Under the pieces are notes generated by a model. The model worked only from the letters and a program-made list of their open reading frames with translations, did no database searches and had not been told where the DNA came from. The position numbers were made by a program, and so were the translations under genes. Positions 35,701 through 47,700 of a stretch of 64,000 nucleotides of DNA are shown here, piece by piece (position 1 is the first letter of the stretch; each line of letters starts with the position of its first letter). Source of the stretch: Ascidiella aspersa (Eukaryota); assembly GCA_963924565.1 (NCBI GenBank), contig OZ004609.1:34224001-34288000 (forward strand), in the 5' to 3' direction.

Positions 35701-38700
35701 CTAGCGGGCAGCGCGAAACGCGATGAGGACACAAAAGCAGCGAGTGACGTCACGGGGGAGCACGAGGCGTTTGATGACGTCACGGGCGAGGCGGAGAAAA
35801 TCGGTGACGTCACAAAAGCGGCGCTCGGGATGCTTTTGGCGGGTTGGAGGCTGGTGATTGGTTTGGAGGTGATCCGGCTGTCCACCAAGTCCTGCATCCG
35901 CTGAATCGGATTCGAGGAGGAGGAGCTTTTTGGAAGATCGCGAGGAATGATGAGATCGTGGAGGATTGAGGAAGAGCGCAACTTCTTTGGTTCGGCTCTT
36001 TCCTCCTGGGATGCCTCTATCAGGGAGCGCTTTCTGCCAGGATGGATGTGATGATGATGATTGTGATCTTTACGTGTCTCCGGAGCAGCGCTCTCTACGA
36101 TCTTGAGCATCTCCTGGAGAGGATTGGTCGAGAGTTTGTCCTTGATGAGAGGTTGGTAGATCGTGGTGGATGGAGGAGAGTACTGCTTCTTCCTGAATGC
36201 CGAAAAGAGCGAATTCATGTTCTCCTTCAAGCACTCGAGGGGGTCGCGCTGCGGAAGACTTCCGGAGTAAGCGGAAATCTCCGGATGTCGAGGATCCCGC
36301 TTCACAGTGAGGTCCAGGGGGCTTTCGGCTTGTCGATGATGACCTTTTAACAGCTCTTTTGATTCCTTGCGCGAAACTTGCGCCGCGGTTGTCGGAGAGT
36401 TTATCGAAGAGCTGAAAGGGGTGAAGGGCTTCGCGTTGGCCGTTGTTCCGGATCTGGGAGCCTCCACCTTGCTTATCGCGCTTTGAATCGTGCTCTCGAG
36501 GGATTTGATGAAATCGAAGCCCGAAGCGGGATTTTGTTCCTTTGCTTTGTTGGCTCCGGGCTCCGGGCGAATCAAGGAAGATTCGGCGCGCTTTTGGGAA
36601 GAGGAAGTCGAGGACTCGTTGCTGGATGTTGGCGACGCAGAAGAGCTGGAAACGTTGAGGTGCCTCCGATGATGTCCGCTCAGCTCCTGGAGAGAGCGGA
36701 AGGACTCGGGACACTCGGAGCACTTGAATCCAGGATGTTGGTTTGACGCAGGAGGAAGACAAAAGGAGCTTGGAACGAACCCTGGAGGAAAAGGAGCAGG
36801 ATACCCGGAGGAGGATGTTGCTCCTGCTCCGAGGAGCGAAGGGAAGAGAGAGGGAGAGAGCCAGGGAGCGGAGTAGAGGAGTGATGCGGCATAGGCGGCT
36901 GGGTTGGCCATGGCTGGAAAATTAAACCGGCATTTAGAACTGAGTGATAACTGAAGAGAAACCAACGGATAAACGCAGGACATGACTTAAGTCGTTTGGG
37001 CAATATGACCAGACTTAACTCAAGTATTTTAGGCAATATGACTAGACTTGACTTAAGACTTTAGGCGGTATGACTCGACCTGAGTCTTTTGGGAAATATG
37101 ACTTGTCTGGAGTCTTATGGGCAACATGACTAAATTTCTTAAGTCACGGTTTTCAAATGACTTGACCTAGCAAAAAATAAAAACGAACTTAGCAAACAAA
37201 AAAATGCAAAAGAGAAAAAAGTGGCAATGTAAAGCGCTTGGTGACAAAATAACATTTTTTTCTCAATGTACACAATTAAGTTTGGGCAATTGCATTACAA
37301 ATTGTTTCAACACTTGAATTATCGAATCGGCAGTTTCCCATCATTGTTTACTAATGATTGGAGGTTTTAGTAAAGTTGTAGTAACGTAATAAGAATATTA
37401 AAGCCCATACAGAAGTAGGTATCATTTTGAACGTTTCGAATAACTCTTTATTCATTTTCAACATCTTTCAAAATGATACCTACTTCTGTACGGGCTTTAA
37501 TATTCTTATTACGGTGCATTTGTATTGTTTACTAAGATCTACAGTCTACACACATAGTCTAGCAGGAAGCGGTAGTCCACAACACAGTAGTGAGGCATCT
37601 TAGGTAAACAAAGGAAATCCACCTTCCGTAGGTTGTCTAACAACACTAGTAGCGCCGGAATCGCTTTGTTTACGTAACAATGCGACAACAATACCGGTTC
37701 GTGCCTCACGCGGTCTCATCTATTTTTGTCGTGATTACAAAATCGACGAATTGCGTAATGAAATGTTGGTTTGTGCTTATGCAAATTAAATTAATGATGA
37801 TGTAAATGAAAATATCAAAAAATATCCATTTCTGGTTGAACAACCATATTCACGTACTAATTTTTCGCCTACGTTGATATTTAGGTAACACAATCAGGAA
37901 TAGCCAAGCTATGGTTAGTGTGTATAAAATGGATTCATATTTTACAATAATAAATTGCACCACTATTGTCATTCACATAATTAGGTGTACCAGTCGTTAA
38001 AATAATTATTAAAGTCCACCTTTTTACGACTTTAATTTATGCTTTACACTCACAGGGTTGCCACAAAACGCCATGAAAAAATTCAAAGTCATTCATGGAT
38101 TTTTTAAAGAGTGTTTTTTTAAGATCTAAACTTGGATCGCTCGACGATTTTTCAATTTAATTCTTAAACAAAACAAAACAAAACAATATATATATTATAT
38201 ACCATAGTAAACAAAATAACTTTTTTTTCTAATTGTATTTTTGTAACGACACTTCCTAAACACGTAACTTAAAGTGGCTATAAAAAATTTCAAAGGTTAT
38301 TCAAAAACTTCTGGTTTTTAATACGTGAATTAAATTCAAAGACTAATATTAAAAGGCTTTTTAATACGTATATCAAAATACATTTAAAGATTTCGACAAC
38401 TCTTTTTTAAAGACTCTTACCTCCCAGCAAAGGATAGTAGAATGGCGACTGCGTGAGAACAGAGGAGAAATCTACCAATGGGGAGGTCACTTCCGGCTTC
38501 CGGGTCGTCTGCTGACCGACTACCGGCACCTGATTGGTCGGTCGCTTTCTGGCGCCGCTCTCATTGGCTGACGGCGACGAGCCGTTGACCAATCCGAGGT
38601 GGATTCGCCAGGAAGGCACCTTCTCGTAATGCTTGGTCTTGATCATGTGAACGCTCAAGTCCTACATGGAAAGATGGTTTAAGACAGTTGTATTTAACCT

Positions 38701-41700
38701 TTTAATTAGAGATATACTGATATATCGGTTTACCGATATATCGGTATCGGCAAATGTAGGCCGACACTTGGGCCGATATTTTAGTCCGAAAAGATAGTAA
38801 AATATTTGCTGTACAACAAACAACTTGCCCATTCTTTGATCAAAAAAATTGGGTTTTAGCATCACCCAAAGTTAATATGGAAAATAACAGTTTAATAATT
38901 AATAAAGGTATATAAAGTAAACCATTTTAACTAATTTAAGTTTTGAACATTTCTCAGGTATATAAAAAAAATCGGTATCGGGTATCGGTTGATAAAATTG
39001 TAAAGAATCGGGGATCGGTATCGGTTCAAAAAGGTAATATCGGTCGATCTCTACTTTTAATTACCTGACCTCAATTAAATAAAACGAAATCGGCGTTTAC
39101 ATGCGACCCTAGTTGGTTTAAGATAAGTAATACTTGAACTAAAAACACAAGCGATTGATTCACTGTGCTTAAATTGTACACAATGCTAGAGAACTGCGGA
39201 TACACATGCGCACCAAAATGCCAAGTTTAAAATAAAACTTGCATTTAAATTTACCTAAATTTTAACAATAAAACGCAACATTTTTTTAAATTTATTTTGA
39301 CATTTTTAATATACTTGTTCAAACGACGAGCAAAACGTCGTTTATTAACGACAAGAACAAGGTTGTCGTTTGTCATAAACTTTTATGATATAAATTCAAA
39401 GACTTTCAAAAAAAAATTTTATCACCAAACATGGTTTTTAATATAACTCAAAAAAAAACACTAAAAATGCCCATATTTAAGAGGATAACAAATAAAAAAC
39501 ATTAAAAAAACAAGTAATTGAGAAGTTAGCTTATTTTTTTAATTATTTTACAGAAAACTGACAAAATGTCAAAAGTTTGTTTTCACCTTTAAAGACGAAC
39601 AATAATTAAAACAAAAAAAAAGTAAATTGCGTTTCGAACAAACTTTAATTCCCAGAGTGGCAAAAAGTGGCCTTTGATGAATCGAACGAGTAATAAAGAA
39701 AGAAACAAAACAGAAAAAATTTCTGTCCAACCTGGAGGGATTCGAATAGATTTCCGCATCCCATGCAGGTGAGCACTTTTTCTACTCCATTCTCCTCCTC
39801 ACGACCTCCAGGACGCTTCATCTTTGAGGAGTTGGGAAGAGCAAAATGCTCATCTAAAAACAATGAGACATATTTAAATAGAGACAAAAAAGGAAAAAAA
39901 AACAGTCACACACTGTAGAAATAACAAATATTTTAAAAAAAATACGTTTTTCCTCTTGAAATCTGAACCTCATAAAGCACTTTGTTATTTGAAAAACTAT
40001 TTTCCAAATATTTGAAACATGTTTTTCCCTTATACCATGTTTATGGTAAGTGTAAGGTCGTTTGTTGTTGGCTGAATTGAATAAATTAACGCCGTTTCAG
40101 GGTATTATCTATCGAGATAGATTTTATTGAAAATTGTGATCTTCTACTCAATTTCTAGCAAACCCATTTTATTTTACCTTTGTCCGACTTGGACCTGTCG
40201 GAGCCTGGAGCGTTGGAATCCCTGAAGTGTCCAGTCTTGTTCATGTGAACTGTCAGCTCCACCAATGTGTTAAACGACACGCCACAATCCCGACAGTGGA
40301 ACTTGCTGGCACCGGCGAACACGGACCCGAATAACTTGTCCTGTGTGAGGGAATAGTCGTTCGTTGTTTGCTCAAAGTTGAAAAAAAATAAATAAGTGCA
40401 AATGACCGAGTTATAATTTCAATAAGATCTGACCACGCTCCATAATGACTTTAAGACCGCTTAAAAAAACTACCACAACAAGAAAGCGTCGAAAAATAAT
40501 ACTACTGTACTGTGAAATGACTGCGTTAACATGGCACGAACGAAATATTACTGAATAGTCTGAAAATACCTAAAAATAACAATATTTATAAGAATCTGCG
40601 TTAAAATTTTACGCTCCATAATGACACAACAAAAAAATGACCGCCACCAAAAAAAATACCCCTAAAAGACAGTGTCGGAAAATGATACTACTGTGAAATA
40701 ACTGCGCTTAAAATGACACGAACGAGAAATTACTGAATATACTGAAAATACTGAAAAATAACAATACCTTTAAGAATAAGATTCAAGCAAAATCACAAAG
40801 GTTGTAAAAAAGATCCAAAACAACTTTATTCAACAAAAGCAGAATACTATAGTTACGCAAAAAGCATCGTCAGTTCTGCTAATATTCTACAAACACAACG
40901 AAACACCAAAATTATATATAAATAAAACTATTCAAAAGTTTAAAAAGCCAATAACAGAATTACAATACAGTTCAGTCGAGCTGTAAACCAATACTGACGT
41001 TAAAATGGCAAAATAAAGAGCTACTATAATAAAAGGAATCACAATGCCTGAAGCAAAACACCGCCAAGAAAACGCAAAGAAATTCTGAGATCGCGCAAAA
41101 GTAGGCCAAGTAAAAATGAAAAAAACGTAAGGTACAAGGATTATTTAATAGTGGGTGTTATAATATGCTGAATATTGATGGTAGCTCCTATTTTATTTAA
41201 CCAAATATCCTCATGAAAGTCGAGCTGGACCATTTCGGGTTGTGCAACAAATGTCACATTGTAACACTCGTGTATTGGGGGTTTTCTTTCTAGTTCATTA
41301 CTGTGATGACATTACTGTGATCCTTTAAGAATAACTGCGTTAAGATTTCACTACGGCGAAAACTGACCACGCTTCATAATGAAACTACGAAAAAATTTAA
41401 CGCTCAAATAATGAAACTCCCTAAATTACATTACCAAGAAATAACCGCGTTTTCGAATACGGGGGGCGATATACGGGGCTGTTTGTTAAAGAAACTTATA
41501 TTGGGAGGGATAAAACAAACGCTTCTTACATCCATTGTGCTAATTCAGCGAATTCCATCGGTATTCCATGGAATATTAACTAAATAGAGTTCTTGAGGAA
41601 CACCGGTTGAAAATTAATGCCCCAACAAACCAAAAAGACAGGTAACAAAAAGGCGTGAATAAAATGTGAGAGGTCTGAACACCCTCGGGTATAAATCACC

Positions 41701-44700
41701 TGAAGTCGAGATCACACCATATGCCTTTACACGCCTTTAAAATGCACCGTATCACACAGTAGGTCTCAAGATTTACCACACAAATAGCCGAAAAATGGCA
41801 TAAAGCGTGATATTCTTGTTTTTTCTAAAAAACATTTGCAATTGAACAAATGGTAAAGCGCCATATCCGTATAAACCAGCAAAGAAGCGTTCTGTTTTAC
41901 TTTTCCTAGTAAATTTACAATTTTAAAGAAAATTATATATATATATATATTTTTTGTAAGTTTTTTTTTTTTTTTTTAAACTAAGAAAACAATTTTGCGG
42001 TCAAAAGGGGCGCTGTAGCCTTGTTACCGTTTACAAAAATGCATTTGAAAACAATATGGGAATTTACCGCGGGCCTGGCCCTTTTTAGTAGCCTAAGTAG
42101 TCACAAAATCGGGCCATTTCCAACCTGTTGTTGTCCCCCGTTCAAAGTCCCGTTGGCAGTTTGCGCTTTCTTCAGACCCGTCGTTCCGTTGCTGCTCCCT
42201 GGGGCCACGCTTCCGGGACTTCCCCCGGCGCCGGTGCTTCCGTGACGCTTCGGGCCGGCGGCGCCATTTGGGCCATGACCGGCCGGGGAGCCCTGAACGC
42301 ACCATCTGTATCGTTCGGCCTTGCTCTTGCTTAGACAGTTGTTGTCGTTTCGCTGTTAAACGGAAAAATCGCAATTTAATCGAAATAAAAATTTTAGTCT
42401 TTTTGTAATTTTTTTTTATTGACATAATTTGAAAATATTTTTTAGCTGTTGTTATTTTTAGTTTCGTTAATATTTGTTAGTATATTGCTGGACTTTTCGT
42501 TTGTGGTTGTAATTTTCTGATTTTTAGAATTTTTGCTGATATTTTTTCGTTTTTTTAACAATTTATTTTAGTGTTAGGAAAGGATTTCGTTTTTTGTAGT
42601 CATAAAAGTTTTTTAGTCATAAAAGTAATGGCAACATTTTATTTATGTTTGTTTTATTTTTTTTTGCTATAATTTTGTCTAACAATTTGTCACAGTTTTG
42701 AGTGGAACGCCTTGTTTTTTGTTGTATTACTATTATTCAGTTTTTTTTTGTTTTGCTTTTTCTTACACTTAAGAAATAAATTCCGAATAATCGGCCAACT
42801 CTTATGAGCTTAAATACTAGATTTTGCTCCTAAAGCGAACCAAGCTACTCCTAAAGCGAACCAAGTAGATCCGTTTCGGATTCCAAGGCACAAAAATCGT
42901 TTAAGCAAACAAAAAAGACCGACATTTACCTAACGCCCGGCTGGTTAAGAAAAAATCCAAGGCCTTGTAAATAGCGCGACACGGCCTTGTAAATTGAGGC
43001 TGTGAAATTTGGCGAATACCCACGGCCGTGGTAAATCTTGGCGGAACTGGAAAACTGTCGAAAAAGCGAGGCCAGACGGGCCCGTGGAACCAGGGCGTGA
43101 AACCTAGCTGTCATCCAGTTGATTACACAAATTATGGACAGTCGTAAGGACCACGTGCCGTACCTAATCAGTGCACTCATCCGACGAGCGATTCGGTTCT
43201 TTATGGTTGTTCTAAAGGCCCGAGTGAAATCGCGTTTTATGCAAGAGTGCTTTAAGTTTGGTATATTTTGTCTTGGCTGCGTTTTATTGCATTCTTTGGG
43301 TTGTAAGGATGCCCTATACATTTCTAAAAGAAATTCAGGGCACAAGCGCCGTGTCTGGTCCGATTCCAAATGACGTCATTATACTACGATCAAACAAGCA
43401 ATGTTAATAAAATTTAAACCTACAAATGTCAAGTATTAGAGGTTGGTTAGTCAAAAACTCATTTAGGAAAGTAGGTAGCTTTTCCTAGTTAATATACTAC
43501 TTTTTAAAAACTTTACATTTTAAAGTGGAAAACGTTAATTTATGAAACGAAAGCATCATACAAAGAACATTATCGGTGGGACTCAAGATGTTTCGGATAG
43601 GTTTCCCTAAACCAGTGGTTCTCAAAGTATGGGTCGCGCAGGGTCAAAAAATGGGTCGGTCTATGGTGATTCAATCCTACGCAAACGAACTTTTTTCATT
43701 TCATTTTTCAAGTCTTTTCAATTCAATCATAACTGAGTTATTGCATGATAAGCTTTTCACGTGGCTTTAAATCTGTAACCTAGATTATTGCACCATAAGT
43801 GGTTTTATGAACGTTTTGATGGCAGCCAGCTACAGCATAGCCATAGCCAACTGCAGTAGCTGCTAAGAAAGCTTTTAGTCACCACAACAAGCCACGCTGA
43901 AATTATAAAGGAAAAAAATCAGTTTCAACAATCACACTAAAATAAATAAATCATTTGTTTGTATTTAATCATTGTTTCATAGAACTGTGTAGGCTACTAT
44001 ATCTGGTTGTCGTGTCTTTTGTTATTTCATGCATATCAGAAAAGTACATTTTTGGATGTTTGAGGCTTGGGTCGTGAGATGCTCATAAAACTGAGATTTG
44101 GGTCGCGCTCAAAAAAGTTTGAGAACCACTGCCCTAAGATTACCTTGTACAAAAATTTAAGTATGAACTACACAACTTAAGTCTGGTTCAAGTCTTAAAG
44201 CGCTTCAACCGTTTCATGGAAAGGGTCCCCTAAAAATGTTTTTAATTCGCATGGATCAGGGTTGGCATTAAATTTATAGAGCTGACGTACTAATATGACG
44301 TCATTTAATAAAATACTTGCTGTTTTCGCAAAGTTAAAGTCTAAGTAAATTGAAGAAAAATAGCCAAAAGTGTTGTTATCAATTAAAATCTAAATTTAAA
44401 AAAATTATATCATTTTTTAAATTATTAACTAATGTTTTACGTAGGCCATCATGGAACCCCCAAAACTGGTCGACGGACTTTAGTTAAAGAACAGCTGATC
44501 TATGTTCAGGTCATACCTGTACGTGTATCCAGTCGTTTGGACACTGTCCGTAGAATTGCTGTTGAAGCATCGCTACGCAGTTGGCTGCTGTAAGTGAGGC
44601 TACGTCTGTCCAGAAAACAAGATGGAACTAAATTAAATAAGGAAATATAGTCCCTAGAATCCCTAGATACATGGATGTGGAAAAACTTAGTAAATGTCTC

Positions 44701-47700
44701 CGATAAAACGCTGTATGTTTCGAGTTTAGGCTATACGGGACAATTTGACTCAGTAACCAAAAATATATTTTTGCACTACTGTACGATAATTTTAAGCTTA
44801 ACCTTTATTAACAGGATATACAAACTAAGCGACATTGTTTTAACGTTCTAATAAAATAATGCCCATTACTGACATCATACAGGGTGTAGTTAAGTGTAGC
44901 TAAATAAAGTAGAAGACGACAATATTCTAACCTTTCAGTAAAACAATGTACATAACATAATGGACGCATATGTGGGTAATATTACATGGTAAAATCCGTG
45001 TGAAGGTTTTGAAGTAATCTTTTTCATTTTTAACATAGAATTTATGTGCGGGATTCGCTTATTGCCGAATTTCAGCTCCCACGGGTTGGGAACCTTGTTT
45101 ACAGTGAGCCTAGCCGGTTCGAAACCGCAAGAAAGGAAATAACGAAGCGATCGTGAAACCACGGCGGGATTTTTGCCTAGACTACATGTGTATACTGCAA
45201 TACATATACACTCTGTCGCTCTGCCTTTCCAACCTATGGGCCGCGAAACAAGTTTTGGTCGGAATAGGCCAACGGATTTTGAATGTAAAACTAATAGCAC
45301 ATAATCCAAAATGCTGTAAAAAAATACTCTGACAATTGTGTGGAGAGGCAGACCACATAACAATATAACATGTTCTAAAACTGTCAAGCCTAAAGGGTTG
45401 CTGAAAGTTTTAATCTATTCACAAACCAAAAGGAAGTCCTGCTCTTAACAACAAAACCAGGAGGATTTGCAGTTCGCCTGACGACATGTATTTAACCAAA
45501 ACCTCCTGTGCGCCATATTAGAAGTTTGCAGATCACTCGACGATGTACATAACTACATATAACCAAAGCCACGAACTGATTTGGGCGTATATTTCACCTG
45601 TACACCTCAACCATCCCCGTCTAATAAGCATCTAAATCGCACAACAGCCTTCTGAAGCGCAATTGACAGCAGTCGGCGTGACTCACTGTAATTCTTCCGG
45701 CATCGGCCCCATTATATTTATCTCGTACCAGTCAGTCGGCTGTCATTGATGTGTGGCAGCTTTTCTACAAGCTGTGTCGCAAACAAGTATTGAAATGCCT
45801 TGGCTTTTTGCGGGCTTTTTTAAACATGTAAGGCGGTGTTTCTCAATCCTTGGGTCGCGACGCAAAATTAAATCCCTGTTTGATTTGGTTGGGTCGCCGA
45901 CTGCAGTCGTTCACATGGTTAGATTTGTTAATATTGGTTTTGAGCAAGAATTTAACTGTGGGTTAAATGAAAAGACCACAAGGCTCGTGATATAAAATGT
46001 TAAATTAAGATATGGTATTTTTCTAGTGCCTTGTTCACTTACAAAAAGCTCGGTGAAAAGATTAGATCGCCAAAGCTTTGCTGTTATGATTTTTGTCGCC
46101 GCGAAAAAAGGTTGAGAAACACTGACGTAAATTTAAACGTTACACAAATGACAATTCATTCATTCGTTCGTTTGTTTCTGAAAAGCAAGTTTTTACTAAT
46201 AATGCATTCGAATACGAATGATGACACCTGTACTCACTTTATTACAGAAATAGAGTTTAGATACAAAACGAAAGAATTGTGTGCGTTTCAACTAACAAAT
46301 TGTTTAGTCTTGCACATTTACATTACGTTACATATTGATAGACTGGGAAAAAGATTTAATCAATGAAATAGTTCAATATGTGAATTCAATTTCGGCTTAA
46401 CCAAATTAAAAAGTTCACTGGGGCTACAACACACCCACAGGTATATCCCCTTCAAACGCAAAATGAAGCAAAATCCGTACGAAAACATAAATCGAGTAGA
46501 ATACTCGCTACTCGCCCAGCCTATCAACTAACTCGACTTTTTTCAACTAACTCGACTTTTCAGCTTAGCCACGAGATGCTTAATCTGATCTAACGGGTAG
46601 TGACACCTCTCCAAAACTGCTCGATTCAATTAAATTACGGCATGGCATGAGCTTTGAAAGACACGCCCAAATTTTTTATAACATTTGAGTAAATTTCGGG
46701 TGAAATACAGACGGCAAGGCTCGTAATATAAAATTCGAATTTATTTATGTTATTTTTCTTTTGTTTCGCTACTTGGAAATAAATCAGTGAAGAGAATTGT
46801 GTCGCCAAAGCACCAAAATGTAAGTCGTCGCGAAAAAGGTTGAGAAACACTGATGTAAGTGGACTACTAAAAAAACGAACCGAGTAGAATACTCGCCACT
46901 CATCAACTAACTCGACTCTTAAGCTCTGAGTACAGGTCGATACAAAACACGCTTAAACTTATCTAAAGGGTAGTGACACCTCTCAAAAACTGCTCGAATC
47001 GATTCAATTAAATTACGGCAGCGCTGGTCATTCATTGGGCCACTGAGCTTTGAAAGACACGCCAACGTAATTCAATAGACCTGTCAGTCTTTCGAATAGA
47101 CTCGAAAAAGCCTTGTAAATTGGGTATTTAAAGAACCGACAGCCTGTTTCGCTAATATGAGGAGGGGTAGCGTTTTGCTGCATTTCATGCAAACTTCCTG
47201 ACCTATGCCATATACAGAGAGAACATGGACACTTGTGAATTATACAGCGTTGCATTAAAAAACGGCATTAAATCGAGGCGATTTTGTCAAAACGATTTTT
47301 TAAGGTCATAAAAAACAAAGTCATCTTTAGAAAATTTTAACTCCTAAATTTCAACAGAAAAAAAAATACCACGAACTGGTATTGTCAACACATTTAGGAA
47401 CCTAGAAAGAGCCGTATCGGCGAAATGAAGCAAAAACGATTTACCAGTTCCTCATTTTTTTAGATTTGCCAAGAGAGCCTTTTCAGATATTTTCAATATT
47501 TGATAGCATTTCCATGCCTAAAATATTACAAAATAACATAACACAAAAATTGTCTTACAAAACGAAAACTGTCAAGCTTGATCAAAACAATAACTGAACG
47601 AACATTCCTACCATATAGAAAGCGCGCACATATCACCGCTAATTACTCAACAACGTCTAAAATTTTTGCGACGCGAGTGTATGACAGCGAGACGACGCGG

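Noticed and set aside
36042-37036. Several overlapping and antisense ORFs of 60-230 aa
   Set aside because: Shadow frames of the GC-rich Tshz exon with no independent motifs.
42093-42425. 110-aa Arg-rich ORF (protamine-like)
   Set aside because: Alternative frame of a Tshz exon; only the Gly-rich phase-0 frame joins the ZF1 exon.
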